DNA of 64,000 bases from NCBI GenBank assembly GCA_014905635.1, contig JABVCE010000010.1, forward strand, positions 310,001 to 374,000, given 5' to 3'. Below the pieces are notes generated by a model that saw only the letters and a list, made by a program, of their open reading frames with translations, had not been told where the DNA came from and searched no databases. Below, one piece after another: positions 48,125 through 59,308 of the stretch. Numbering within the stretch: position 1 is the stretch's first letter; each line of letters starts with the position of its first letter. The stretch is from Scenedesmus sp. PABB004. Its lineage: Eukaryota. The translations under genes and the position numbers were made by a program.

Positions 48125-50670
48125 GTAGTAGGGCAGCATGAGGAAGTCGCCCTCCCGCAGCGCCGGCACGAGCGCGGAGCGCTGCACGATGTCGCGCTCG
48201 CCGCTGCTGCCGCGCAGCACGCTGCGCAGCAGCGGCGCGCCGCCGCCGCCCTCGTCGGCCGGCAGCGCCGGCAGCAGCGGGCTGCGCAGCACGAGGTACG
48301 TCGGCTGCAGGCCGTCCACGGCGACCTGCGGCGTGTGTGCGGCGCGCGCGCGGCCGCCGGGCCCTCGCGGCGCGCCCCCAGCACGCGCTCATGCCCGCGC
48401 GCGCGCCCAGCACACGCCCGAGCACGCCCGCGCGCGTGCCCAGCACACGCCCGCGCGCGGCGCCGCGCGCGCACCAGGATCCTGAAGCTCCCAAACGCGC
48501 CGTCGCTGAGCGTGTACTCCTGCACCTCGCCGCCGTCGTCGCCGCGCTTGGCCGCGCCTATGACGCTCGTGAAAAAGGTGGCCGACGTCTCCGCGAAAAA
48601 CCTGGGACGCCGCCCGACGCCGCGGCGGCGTGTTCAGGCAAGGTGGCGCAAGCGAGCAACGCAGGCAGGCCAGCATCGCCCGGGCGGCGGGCCCCCGAGC
48701 GCGCGCGGCGCGCGGCGCGCGGCCCCGCGCGCGCGCACCGCCCCGGCTCCGCGATGACGCGCACGTGCGCGCCCGCGCCGTCGGCGGGGAAGTGGCGCGC
48801 GAGCGCGCCGTTGATCGCCCGCGCGGTCTCCACAAACAGGCGGTGGCTGTCGGCGTCGTACGGCGCGGTGAAGCCGCCGCCAATGTCGAGCAGGCGCAGC
48901 GGCGGGAAGCCCATGCCCGCGGCGGCGTCAAACACGGTGCGCGCGCGTGAGATGGCCTCGCCGTAGATGCTGACGTCGTGGCAGCCGCTGCCGACGTGGA
49001 AGGACACGCCCACGACCTGCGCGCAGCGCGGCGGTCGGGGCAGCGCGGCGCGCGGTCGAGGCGGCGCGGCGGGCTGTGCGGTCGAGGCAGCGCGGCCGAG
49101 GCGGCCCGCGCGCGGCGCGGGGCCGGGCGGACCTGCAGGCCGAGGCGCTTCGCGTGCGCCAGCAGGCCGTGCACCTCCTCCATGTCGGCGCCGTACCTGC
49201 GGGCCGCCGGGGCGGGGCGGGCCGTCGGCGCCGGTCCACCGCGTGCGGCGCGGGCGCGGGCGCGGCGCGCGGGCGCGGGCGCGGCGCGCACTTGGTGCCC
49301 AGGCTCAGGTGCGCGGTGGGGTCGTCGCAGCGGATGCGCAGCACGAGCTTGAACGCCGGGTGTCCCTCGGCGATCTTCTCCAGCTCGCTCACGCAGTCAA
49401 AGGTCGTCACCTCCACGCCGTGCTGGCGCGCGTAGCGGAAGTCGAGCGGGCGCTTCATCGGGTTGGCAAAGATCACACGCTCCTGCGGCACGCCCAGCGC
49501 CGCCGCCGCCTGCAGCTCGGTGACGCTCGCGCAGTCAAAGCCCGCGCCGAGCGCGCACAGCGTCGCGAGCACGGCTGCGGGGCGGCGCGGCGCGGCGCGG
49601 CGCGCGGGCGCCGCTGACGCGCGCGCCGCGCGGCCGGCCGCCTGCGGGGCGCGCGCGGCCGCGCAGGGCGGGGCGCGCACCCGGCTGGGGGTTGCACTTG
49701 ACGGCATAGAACGGCGTCACACGCGGCAGCGCGGTGCACCACATCGCGTGCAGCCGCGCGACCTGCCGTGGGGCGCGCGGGCGCGGGCGGCGTCGCACGC
49801 CGCGCCCTCGCCTCGCGCCTCGCTGCTGCAGTGCGCGCGCGTGCGCGGGGGCCGAGGCGCGCACGGCGCGCGCGGCGCAGCGTGCGCAGCACAGCGCGCG
49901 CAGCACAGCGCGCGCGCGCGCGCCTCTCCGAGGTCGTAGACGTAGAACGACTCGCCGCCCTCGCCCGCCTCGCCGCTCGCGATGAGGCTCGTCGCTGCGG
50001 CGCGGGCGCGCGGGGCGGCGCAGGCGCGGCGGGCGCACGGGGCGCGCGGCGACGGGCGCGGTCGGCGCCGTTCGCGCGGCCGGCGCGCGGCGCGCCGGCC
50101 GCGGCGCTGCGCCGCCGCACCCGCGTGCGCGACGCCCTCGATGTTGCCGTCCGGCAGGTGCAGCGCGCCGAAGCGCTCCAGCACCTCCTCGAGCGCGGGC
50201 CCCGGCGCGGGCGTGACGTGCACGCCCAGGCCGCCGCCCGGCGGCGCGCCGCTGCCAGGCAGGCCGCCGAGCGCGCTCGACGTCGCCGACCCCGCGCGCG
50301 TGAGCGCGGGCGACGAGCACGTCGACGCGCGGGGCGCGATGCTCGGTGAGCGGCTGACGTAGGACACGCGGCCGAGCGAGACCTGGGTGAGAACGATGTC
50401 CTGCACCGCGGCGAGCCCGAAGGGCGTCGCGCCGTACGCGCGGGGCGTGTCCGCGCTGCTGGTGCCGCTGCTGGCGCTGCCGCCGCTGGCCTGCACCGAC
50501 GGCGGCGCGCCGGGCCCGCTGCTGCTGGTCGCGCTGGCGCCGCTCGGCCCGACGCCCGCTGCTGCGCGCTCGTGGTGGCGCCGCCAGTGGAGCACGCGCG
50601 ACAGCCAGCTGCGCCGAGCGAGCGCCTTCTCGGCATCGGTGCCCGGGGGCTCGCCCGGCTGTGGGCCCAT
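47399..50670 (-). CDS. Ornithine decarboxylase-like (fold III PLP) protein with a degenerate C-terminal catalytic motif
   Basis: FYVYDLG, PFYAVKCNP, FDCAS, IFANP, TFD..ELEKI, LRI, KYGA, GVSFHVGSG, LDIGGGF, IAEPGRFF, GSYT. The GPTCD motif is replaced by GSSGE. Confidence 0.88.
48030..48123. repeat. (CA)n microsatellite in an ODC-like intron
   Basis: Visible directly. Confidence 0.97.
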
Positions 50671-51041
50671 CGCGGCGGCGCGCGGCGCCGGCTTTCAACT
50701 GACCAGCCGCTGCGCAGCTCCCGGCCGCGCGGGGGCGAGCCGCTGCGACCCGCAGACGATGCCACCGGCACTTCAGCGATGCGATGCGGCTCCGGGCGCC
50801 TCGACGGGCGCTGTGGTGGCGGCTTTGCGAAGCGGCGGCTTGCGAAGACCGCGCGGCGCCGCTGTTGTCCCGCCGGCAAAAGAGTGTGGCGCGTGCGCGG
50901 GCTGCCGCAGCGGCCGGGGAGGGGGGGGGGGGTGCAGCGCAGGGTGGGAAATGCAGCGGTGGTGCGGGCACCGCGGTTGCCGGCGCAGCGCTCACGCAGA
51001 ACCGCGCCCCGCCGCTCACGCCGCGAGAGTGAGCCTCACTC

Positions 51042-53375
51042 TCAGCGCCGGAACGGCCGCCGCGCCGGCGCGCGGCGCGCGGCGCCGGCCCCAAGCCCCG
51101 CCGCGTAGGCGCCGTAGGCGCCGAGGCCGCCGGGCGCGGCGTCGGCGTCGGCGAGGTCGTCAAAGCCGAGGCCACGCTGCGCGCCGTTGCCGTTGGGCAC
51201 GACGGGCTGCTTGATGCCGCGCCCGTCCCGGCCGAGGCCCTTGCCCGGCTCGTAGCCCATCTTGCGCATGAGGCTGTGCGCGACGCCCCACGACCCGGCC
51301 TTGGCCGCCTGCGCGGCCGCCGCGGCGGCGGCCTCGGCGGCCTCGCGCGCCTCGGCCTCGCGCGCCTCCGCCGCGCGCGCGGCCGCCGACTTGGCCGCCG
51401 CCGCGGCGGCGGCCTCGCGCTCGCGCTCCGCCTCCTTCTCCGCGTCGAACTGCCCGCCGCTGACCCACGCGATCGGGCGTCGCGGCGGCGAGGGGCCGCG
51501 GCTGCCGCCGCCGCGGCCGTACACGCGCTTGGCGCCGCCGCCGCCGCCGCCGGCGGCCTTGGCCGCGCGCCGCAGGCGCAGCAGGCCCACGACGTGCCAG
51601 AACGGCCGGTAGCCGGGCTGCCCCGGCAGCGCCTGCGGCCCCGCCGGCGGCGCGGGCGCGGGCGCGTCCTCGACGCCTGCCGCCGCGCGCGCGGCCGCCG
51701 CGGCCTCCGCCCACTCGCGCTCCGCGTCGGCGATCTGCTGCCGCCGCCGCGCCGCCGCCTCCTCCTCGGGCGGCGGCATCGGCGGCAGCGGCGGCTGGCC
51801 CGGCGGCGCGCCGCCGTCGTCGGGCGGCGGCATCGGCGGCAGCGGCGGCAGCGCGTCGGCGCGCTCCTCCCAGCTGTCCGGCGGCGAGCCGGCCGGCAGC
51901 GGCGCGGCCGCCGCGGCCGCCGCGCGGAACGCCTGCCCCGTCTCGACGGCCGCCCAGAAGCCCGCGGCGTTGAGCCAGACCACAAACTGGTCCTCCCCCG
52001 CGCCGCCGGGGCCCGAGTGGACCCAGAACAGCGGCTCCTGGTCCATCAGCTGCCTGAACTTGCCCTGCGGCGCGGCGCGGCGGCGGCCAGGCGCGGCGCG
52101 CGTCGGCGGCACTGCCGTGCGGTGCGCACGGGCGGCGCGCGCGGGGCGCCACCCGCGCGGCGCCTGCAGGCCGCGCGGCGCGGCGGCGCGGGGCTCGCGC
52201 GCGCGGCGCACCTTGCCCATCTTCACTTCCTCCTTGATTGTCGCCATGATCTCATGCGTCTGGCTGCCCAGCGCACCCAGGCCGAGCGCGTGGCCGGGCG
52301 CGTACAGCAGCGCGGCCGCGACGGCGCGCGTGAGCCAGCTGAGCGCGTCGCGCGCCGGCCACGCCGCCGCGAGCGCCGACAGCACCGCCTCGCGCTCGGG
52401 CGCGGCGGCGTCCTCAAACTCAGGGAGGCTCTGCAGCGCGCTGAGGTCGTCGCCCAGGCCGACGGCCTTGAGCGCCTGGAGCTGCTGCCGCCGCAAGTGC
52501 GCGCTGAGGTCCTCGTCGAGGTCGAGCGTGGCGCTCGCCAGCTGCGCCATGCCGCCCGCGGCGCGGCGCCCGCCGCCGCCGGCGCCGTCGCCGTCGCCGT
52601 CGCCCCGCTTGCCCTTGCGGCCGCCGCCGCGCCTGCGCCGCGACTTGGCCGCCGGCGCCGGCGCCGGCGCGAGCGGCAGCAGCAGGTCCTCCGCGCTGTG
52701 CTGCTGCCACGTGCTGTTGGCCTGCATCGCTGCGGCCATGAGCGACTGCTGCAGGCTGCCCGCGGGCGGCGCCTGCGGGTGCGGCTGCGGCAGCTGCGGC
52801 AGCTGCGGCAGCGACGGCGGCAGCTGCGGCAGCGGCGGGCCCTGCTCGGCCGGCTCCCAGCGCCGCCGCCGTCGCGTCGCTGGCGGCTGCTGCTGCTGCG
52901 GCTGCGGCACCGGCGGCAGCGGAAGCAGCGGCGGCAGCGGCGGCAGCGGTGGCAGCGGCGGCGGCGGCGGGAGCGGCGGCAGCGGCGGCTGCTGCTCGCT
53001 GCTGGTGCGCCCGCGCTCGCTGCTGCGCCGCCGCTCCCTGCTGCTGCGCCGCCGCTCCCTGCTGCTGCCGCGCCGCTCCCTGCTACGCTTGCGCTCCCTG
53101 CTCCGGGCGCGCTCCTTGCTGCGCTTGCGCTCCTTGCTGCGCTTGCGCTCCTTGCTCCGCTTGCGCTCCTTGCTGCGCCTGCGCTCCTTGCTCCGCTTGC
53201 GCTCCTTGCTGCGCTCCCGGCTGCGCCGCCGCTCGCGGCTGCGGCTGCTGCGCCTGCGCTCCTTGCTGCGCCTGCCGTCGTCGCGGCTGCGGCTGCGGCT
53301 GGACCGCCGGCGCTTCCTGTCGCCCGGCTCGGCGGCCGCGCCGTTGGCCGCCGGCGCCGGCGGGGGCTCCGCCAT
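51042..53375 (-). CDS. G-patch domain protein with an N-terminal RS/KERKRS-repeat region (one intron, ~52066-52211)
   Basis: WGVAHSLMRKMGYEPGKGLGRDGRGIKQPV...RGLGF; 18-bp KERKRS-coding tandem repeat at ~53040-53270. Confidence 0.85.
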   Translation of the reverse strand: MAEPPPAPAANGAAAEPGDRKRRRSSRSRSRDDGRRSKERRRSSRSRERRRSRERSKERKRSKERRRSKERKRSKERKRSKERKRSKERARSRERKRSRERRGSSRERRRSSRERRRSSERGRTSSEQQPPLPPLPPPPPLPPLPPLPPLLPLPPVPQPQQQQPPATRRRRRWEPAEQGPPLPQLPPSLPQLPQLPQPHPQAPPAGSLQQSLMAAAMQANSTWQQHSAEDLLLPLAPAPAPAAKSRRRRGGGRKGKRGDGDGDGAGGGGRRAAGGMAQLASATLDLDEDLSAHLRRQQLQALKAVGLGDDLSALQSLPEFEDAAAPEREAVLSALAAAWPARDALSWLTRAVAAALLYAPGHALGLGALGSQTHEIMATIKEEVKMGKVRRAREPRAAAPRGLQAPRGWRPARAARAHRTAVPPTRAAPGRRRAAPQGKFRQLMDQEPLFWVHSGPGGAGEDQFVVWLNAAGFWAAVETGQAFRAAAAAAAPLPAGSPPDSWEERADALPPLPPMPPPDDGGAPPGQPPLPPMPPPEEEAAARRRQQIADAEREWAEAAAAARAAAGVEDAPAPAPPAGPQALPGQPGYRPFWHVVGLLRLRRAAKAAGGGGGGAKRVYGRGGGSRGPSPPRRPIAWVSGGQFDAEKEAEREREAAAAAAAKSAAARAAEAREAEAREAAEAAAAAAAQAAKAGSWGVAHSLMRKMGYEPGKGLGRDGRGIKQPVVPNGNGAQRGLGFDDLADADAAPGGLGAYGAYAAGLGAGAARRAPARRPFRR

Positions 53376-54034
53376 GGGCGCTGCTGCTGCGGCTGCCGCT
53401 GCTCGCGCCGCCGCGCGCCGAGTGCGCGGCTCCGGCCCCGACGCTGCGCCCGGTGGGAGTCAGCCGGCACAGGGCGGGTCCGGGACGGCCCGCTGCGGCG
53501 CTGCGGGGCGGCGGCCGGGCGGCGGCGGCGTGGCGGGGCGCGGCGGCTCGTCGGTGGTGCGCGTGGCGCCTGCTCCCGGGCCGCCGCTTGACACCGTCAG
53601 CGTCGTGAGCCTCCAGCGCCCTCACCGCGAAAGCGGAGGCGCGCCGAGTGCGACCGTGCCGCCGCCGCGGGGCAGCGCTGATTGCGGGCGGCGCCCCCGC
53701 TGGCTTGGAGGCGCGGCGCCGACGCTGAGGCGGCGCAGGGCTGAGCTTTGGGCGCCCGAAGGAGGGGGCCTGCGCACAGCGGCGCTGCACCGCAAAAGAA
53801 CCGCCGCGTTCGAAGCCGCAGTGACGCTGTGCGGCGCCGTCGAGCGACGGTCGTTGGCGGTGTGAAGTTTACACGCAGGTTGTGTGTTGACTGACTCGGG
53901 GGCACAGCAAAAATGCACAGCTCGCTCTCACGCGCGGGCGGCCCGCCGGCCGTAGCGCGCGCGCGCGCGCCAGCCACCCGGCGTCCACCCTGCGCGCTGA
54001 GTGGTCCAGCCGCCGCGTGGTGGGGCGGCGGTGG

Positions 54035-54925
54035 TCACCACTTGTCGCCGGCGGCCTGGTCGTACACGTACGCCGCGACCGCCGCGATCTCATCCTGCGC
54101 GCAGCGCACGCAGGGCCGTGGCACGGCGTGTCGACGCGCGGCGCAGCGTGGCGCCGCCGCCGCCTCGGCCGGCCCGGCGCCGGCCAGGCGCAGCCGCTGC
54201 GGCCGGCACACCTCGTCCAGCGTGCCCTCCCACGCCGGCATGGCGCCCTTGCCGTTCTCGACCTGCGGCGCGGGGCGGGGCGTCTGCCGGGCGGGCGCGC
54301 CACGCGGCGCGTGCTGGGCGCAGCCCGAGGGCCGCGCGCGCTCCCGCGCGCGCGTGCCTGGTACGTGATCGCCTCCAGGTTGAATCCGCCCGCCAGGAAC
54401 TGCTCCATGGCGGCCTTGCGGAGCGTGTGGTCGGGGATGACGGTGTTGTTGCCGCCCGCGTGGCACGCGGCGCAGTTGCCCGAAAACACCTGTGCGCCGA
54501 GCGCGAGGTCGGCGCCTGCGTGCGCGACGCTCGACGACAGCAGCGTGCTCGCCGCGACGAGCGCAGAGAGCGCGCCGCTCGCGAGCACGCGCGCGAGCGC
54601 GTCGCCCGCGCCTGCGGCGGGCGGCGGGCGGGCCACGTCCGGCGCGCCGCCGCCGGCCGCGGCGGGCCGCGCCACCGCGAGGCGGCTGGGCCCGCGGCGC
54701 GCCGCGGCGACCTGCGGGTGGGAGGGCGGGGGGAGGGCGCAGGGGAGGGAGGGGGCGCGTCGAGATCCAGCGGGTGGGCATCGCGTGCGCGCGCCGAGCG
54801 AGATTGCGCTCGAGCGCAGCGCGGCGGCGTCGCGCGCGAGATCTCGGTCCGCGCGGGCCGTGGGACGGCGCCCCCGCGCCTGCGCTCACCCGGGGCGCGG
54901 CGCCGGAGCGCAGGGCGGCGTGCAT
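54035..54925 (-). CDS. petJ: Cytochrome c6 precursor (4 exons)
   Basis: [18 protein letters not shown]...VAHA then [34 protein letters not shown]...[13 protein letters not shown]...[20 protein letters not shown]. CxxCH and axial Met present. Minus-strand TGTAA at 53869-53873. Confidence 0.97.
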   Translation of the reverse strand: MHAALRSGAAPRVSAGAGAPSHGPRGPRSRARRRRAALERNLARRAHAMPTRWISTRPLPPLRPPPALPPAGRRGAPRAQPPRGGAARRGRRRRAGRGPPAARRRRGRRARARARERRALCARRGEHAAVVERRARRRRPRARRTGVFGQLRRVPRGRQQHRHPRPHAPQGRHGAVPGGRIQPGGDHVPGTRARERARPSGCAQHAPRGAPARQTPRPAPQVENGKGAMPAWEGTLDEVCRPQRLRLAGAGPAEAAAAPRCAARRHAVPRPCVRCAQDEIAAVAAYVYDQAAGDKW

Positions 54926-55055
54926 CGTGGAGGGTTGGCTGAAAGGACTCGCGGCGTGCGTCGAAAAGGACTCGCGGCGTGCGGCGCGATGGGGAGGCTG
55001 TGGGCGCCGCTGAGCGGCCGGGGAGGTGGTGAACGGCGCCCGCTGCGCGGCTAAC

Positions 55056-55107
55056 GTACGCGGTACGTCACACGCACCAGCCGGCCGGCGCGGCGGGGAT
55101 TCGGTAC
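55056..55107 (-). promoter_or_regulatory. Three GTAC cores (CuRE-type copper-response elements) upstream of CYC6
   Basis: GTAC at 55056, 55063 and 55104, 130-180 bp upstream of the cytochrome c6 ATG. Confidence 0.7.
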
Positions 55108-55704
55108 ACAGCGCAGCGCACAGCCGAAGCCCGCGGCGCGCGCGGCCGCCGCGCGAGGGCGGCGCCGTTCGTGCGGGTTGCTGGCGCGCTCGGGTGAGGG
55201 CGTGGGACGCGCAGGCGCGCTGTGGCAGGCCGCCGGCGCGGGCGGGCGCCGGCGATCGCGGTTGCAGTTGCGCGGCGCGCCGCTGCGTGGGGTCCCCCGG
55301 TTGGCCCGGGAGCGCCGGGCGTCGGGAGCCCCGGCCGGAGCCTGCGTGGCGGGCGCAGCCCCGTGCCGCAGCCCGCACGCCGCGCCCGGTCCGCGCCGCG
55401 CGGCGCGGCGCCCGCCGCCGCCGCGGGGCCAGCGCCGCAAAGCGCGCCACGCCGTGCCCGGCGGCGATGATCGCCCCGCCCGAGCTCCCGGCCGGCGACG
55501 CGGCCCGCGCACGTGCGCAGCGGGAGCGGGTGGCCGGGCTGGGCGCGCAGCCGCCAGCCCGGCCGCGCGGGAGCTCCAGCAGCATCGCGGCTGGGACGGC
55601 CAAACGTCCAGCGCCGCCCACCGACGCTTTTGGAGGCGAGCGTGGTTTAGGCTTCACCCTCCGAGGCCTTGCTGCTCCAGGCGCGCCGCTCGCCCCGCGC
55701 TCGG

Positions 55705-55713
55705 TCCTTTTCT
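55705..55713 (+). promoter_or_regulatory. Pyrimidine-tract initiator (TOP/TCT-like) of RPL3
   Basis: tccttttct about 40 nt before the RPL3 ATG, typical of ribosomal protein genes. Confidence 0.45.
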
Positions 55714-55747
55714 GGCGGTGGCGCGAAGCTGCGCGGCGGCCGTCACC

Positions 55748-58674
55748 ATGTCGCACCGCAAGTTCGAGCGTGAGTGGCGCCGGGGGCGGCGGCCCGCATC
55801 GATCCCCGCCCCAGCCGCCCGCCGGGGCCGCCGGCGCGGCGGCAGTGCGGGGCTGTGGGAAGGCCGCGCCGCGGCGCCCCGCCAGGGCCCGCGGGGCGGC
55901 CGCCGGCGCGCTGGCGCAGGGGCGCGCCATCAGGGGGCGGGCGCGGGCCGCGGGGGCGCCGCGCCGGGCCCCGGGCGCGCTCCCAGCGCGCCGGCGTCCG
56001 GGGCCGCGCCCGGTTCGCCGCGGCGGGGCATGCGCGGGGCGCAGCAGCCGGCCGGCCGGCGCGCGGCAGCAGCAGCAGCCGCCGCCGCCGGGCGGGCGCC
56101 GCGGCGCGGCGCCCGCCCACGCGCCGCCGCCGCCGCGCCGCCCGCCCGCGCCCGCGCAGACCCGCGGTGCGGTTCCCTGGGCTTCCTGCCCAAGAAGCGC
56201 TGCCGCCGCGGGCGGGGCAAGATCAAGAGCTTCCCGCGCGACGACGCCTCGCGCGCGCCGCACCTCACCGGCTTCATCGGCTACAAGGCCGGCATGACCC
56301 ACATCCTCCGCGACGTGGACAAGCCGGGGAGCAAGCTGCACAAGAAGGAGACGTGCGAGCCGGTGACGATCGTGGAGTGCCCGCCGATGATCGTGGTCGG
56401 CGTCGTCGGCTACGTCCGCACGCCGCGCGGCCTGCGCAGCCTCAACACGGTGTGGGCGGAGCACCTCAGCGACGAGTGCAAGCGCCGCTTCTACAAGAAC
56501 TGGTGCGCGCGCGCGCGCGCGCGGCAGCGGGGTGCGGCAGCGGGGCGCCGGTCGCGCGCGAGCGCGCCGCGCGCCCTTGCCGGGCCGGCGGCGGCGCGGA
56601 CGCTGGAGCGGCGGCTGCTGCCGGCCCGGCAGCGGCGCGTGCGGCAGCGGCAGCAGCCGTGGCGGCGGCGGGCGGCAGCTGCGACGGCGGCGGCGGCGGC
56701 GGGCGGCAGCTGCGGCGGGCGGCGGCAGCGGCGGCAGCGGCGGCAGCGGCGGCAGCGGCAGCCGCAGCGGCGGCGGCGGCGGGCGGCAGCTGCGGTGGCG
56801 GCGGCAGCAGCGGCGCGCCGCGCGGCCGGCCGCCGAACGCCCCGCCCGGCGCCGCTGCCGCTGTGCAGGTACAAGGCCAAGAAGAAGGCCTTCACCAAGT
56901 ACGCCAAGAAGTACACCGACGGCAAGAAGCAGATCGACGCGGAGCTGGCGGAGCTCAAGAAGCACTGCTGCACCATCCGCGTGCTCGCGCACACCCAGGT
57001 GCGGCGCGGCGGCCGCGGGCGCGTGGGCGCGCGGGCGCGGCACGGCGCCGGGGCGCGCCGGAGCAGGCGTGGCGGCGGCAGAACAGCCGCGGCGGCGGGC
57101 GCAGCAGCGGCGGCGCCGCAGCCGGGCGGCGCTGACCGCCGGCGTGCCGTGCGCGGCGCCTGCTGCGTCAGGTGCGCAAGCTCAACCTGGGCCAGAAGAA
57201 GGCGCACCTCATCGAGATCCAGGTCAACGGCGGCAGCGTGGAGGACAAGGTGCGCGCGCCGCGGCGGTGGCGCAGCGGCAGCGGGCGGCGGCAGCGCGCG
57301 GCGGGGCGACGGAGCGGCGACGGCAGCGGCGGCAGCGGCGGCAGCGGCAGCAGCCGCGGCAGCGGCGGCAGTGGTGGCGGCACCCGGCTGCGGAGCGGCG
57401 GCAGCGCGCGGCGGAGCGGCGGCAGCGCGCGGCGGAGCGGCGCGGCAGCGCGCCTGCGCGCCTGCGCGCGCGCTCACGCCGCCGCGCCGTGCGCCGCGGT
57501 CGGCGGCGCTGCAGGTCAACTTTGCGGTCGACCTCTTTGAGAAGGCCGTGACGGTGGACAGCGTGTTCCAGGCCAACGAGATGCTCGACACCATCGCCAT
57601 CACCAAGGTGCGCGCGCGCCGCCGCCGGGGCACGCGCGCGCCGCCGCCGCCGGCGGCCGGCGCGGGCGGCGCCGCGGCCCTGCGCGGCTGGGCAACGCTG
57701 ACGCTGACGCTCCGCCGCCGACTCTCGCAGGGCCGCGGCACGGAGGGCGTGGTGACGCGCTGGGGCGTGACGCGCCTGCCGCGCAAGACGCACCGCGGCC
57801 TGCGCAAGGTCGCGTGCGTCGGCGCGTGGCACCCGGCGCGCCTGCAGTGGAGCGTCGCGCGCGCGGGCCAGCACGGCTTCCACCACCGCACGGAGATCAA
57901 CAAGAAGGTGCGCCCCGCGCCGCGCACCAGCCCGCCAGCCCGCCGGGACCGCCAGCCCGCCAGCCCGCCAGCCCGCCAGCCGCCGGGACGCGGCGGGGCG
58001 GGGCGCGCAGCAGCTGGCGGCGGCGGCAGAGCGGGCGCGCGGCGAGCGGGACGCGGCGGGGCGCGCAGACGGCGGCGGCGCACGCCGCAGCGCGCGGGCC
58101 CGCGCCGCCCCGCGCCGCTCACCGCCCCGCACGCCCGCGCCCGCGCCCCTCGCGCCGCCAGGTCTACAAGATCGGCAAGGCCGGCGAGGAGGGCCACGGT
58201 GCGGGCACCGACTTTGACGTGAGCACCAAGGAGATCACGCCCATGGGCGGCTTCCCCCACTACGGCGTGGTCAAGGAGGACTACCTCATGATCAAGGGCG
58301 GCATCCCGGGTGCGTTACATAACACAGAAATGACAGACTGAATAACAACGACGCAGCGCGCCGGCGCCGCGGCGCCGCCGGGGCGCGGCAGGGAGGGGGC
58401 AGCGCCCGCGCGTCTTCGCCCCGCTCACCCGCCGGCCCGCCGACCCGCCCTCCCCGCCCCGCCGCCGCCGCGCGCCCCTCCTCCCCCGCGCCGCCGCGCC
58501 GCAGGCACCAAGAAGCGCCCGATCACGCTGCGCCGCTCGCTGCTCAACCAGACGAGCCGCTCCGCGCTGGAGGAGATCAAGCTCAAGTTCATCGACACGA
58601 GCTCCAAGTTTGGCCACGGCCGCTTCCAGACCTACGACGAGAAGCTCAAGACCTACGGCCGCACCAAGAACTGA
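55748..58674 (+). CDS. RPL3: 60S ribosomal protein L3 (uL3), 8 exons
   Basis: [92 protein letters not shown]. Confidence 0.98.
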
Positions 58675-59308
58675 GCGGGGCCCCCGCTCGGGCGGCGTGC
58701 GTGCGCGCGGGCGCGAGGCGGAGGCGGAGGCGGACGCGGCGGCGCTGGGGCGGCCCGGCGCGGCGCGCGCAGCGCGGCGCGCGGCGCGGCGCGGCGGGCG
58801 GGCGCCCTGCGCGGGAGGGGAGGAGGAGGAGCGGCGCGCGCCTGGCGCTGCCGCGGCCGGCGCTCGGCGCGGCGGGCGCGGTAACGCGCAGGCTCGCCGC
58901 CGCCGGCGGTGGAGGGCCCGGCGCATTGGGCCGCGCAGCTGCCGGCGGGCGCGCGCGGCTCGCGCGGCGGCACCCGCGGCCGGTGCGGCGCCGCGCTGTG
59001 TCGCGCCCGTGCGCCGAGCGCGCCGAGCGCGCCGGCGGTCGGGCAGCAGATCGCCGAGCGCCGCCGCGCCGCCAGCGTGCCGGTGCCGTCCGTCAGCTGC
59101 TCGCCCAGCTTCTTCGCCGCGCCGCATCCCAGCGCCGCCGCCGCGCGCGCCCGCCAGACCGCTCAATCACGCGCGTGATGGCGAACGACGACAGGACGCC
59201 GGCTGGCGCGCGCGCGTCGTTCTGCTGCGAGCGCGTGTGACCGCGGGGCCGCCGCGCCTGGGCGACCGGGATCGCCCGACACACGCCTTAGCAGCGCTGC
59301 GGGTCGCG

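Noticed and set aside
50671..51040. Polyamine-sensing uORF (PPW-type) upstream of the ODC-like gene
   Set aside because: No short upstream frame ending in a PPW/PS-stop-like motif was found in any of the three frames.
54714..54781. ATG at 54781 as the CYC6 start
   Set aside because: It lies within intron 1 (C-rich tract ending cag at ~54713) and is out of frame with the mature protein. ATG 54925 with a GTGAGC donor fits.
55770..58161. Introner-like repeated introns
   Set aside because: The introns share only low-complexity GCG/GCA/CCG composition, with no alignable family sequence apart from the segmental duplicates.
58329..58341. C/D snoRNA in the RPL3 intron (ATGACAGA..CTGA)
   Set aside because: The boxes are adjacent with no room for a guide, and the C box is a poor match.
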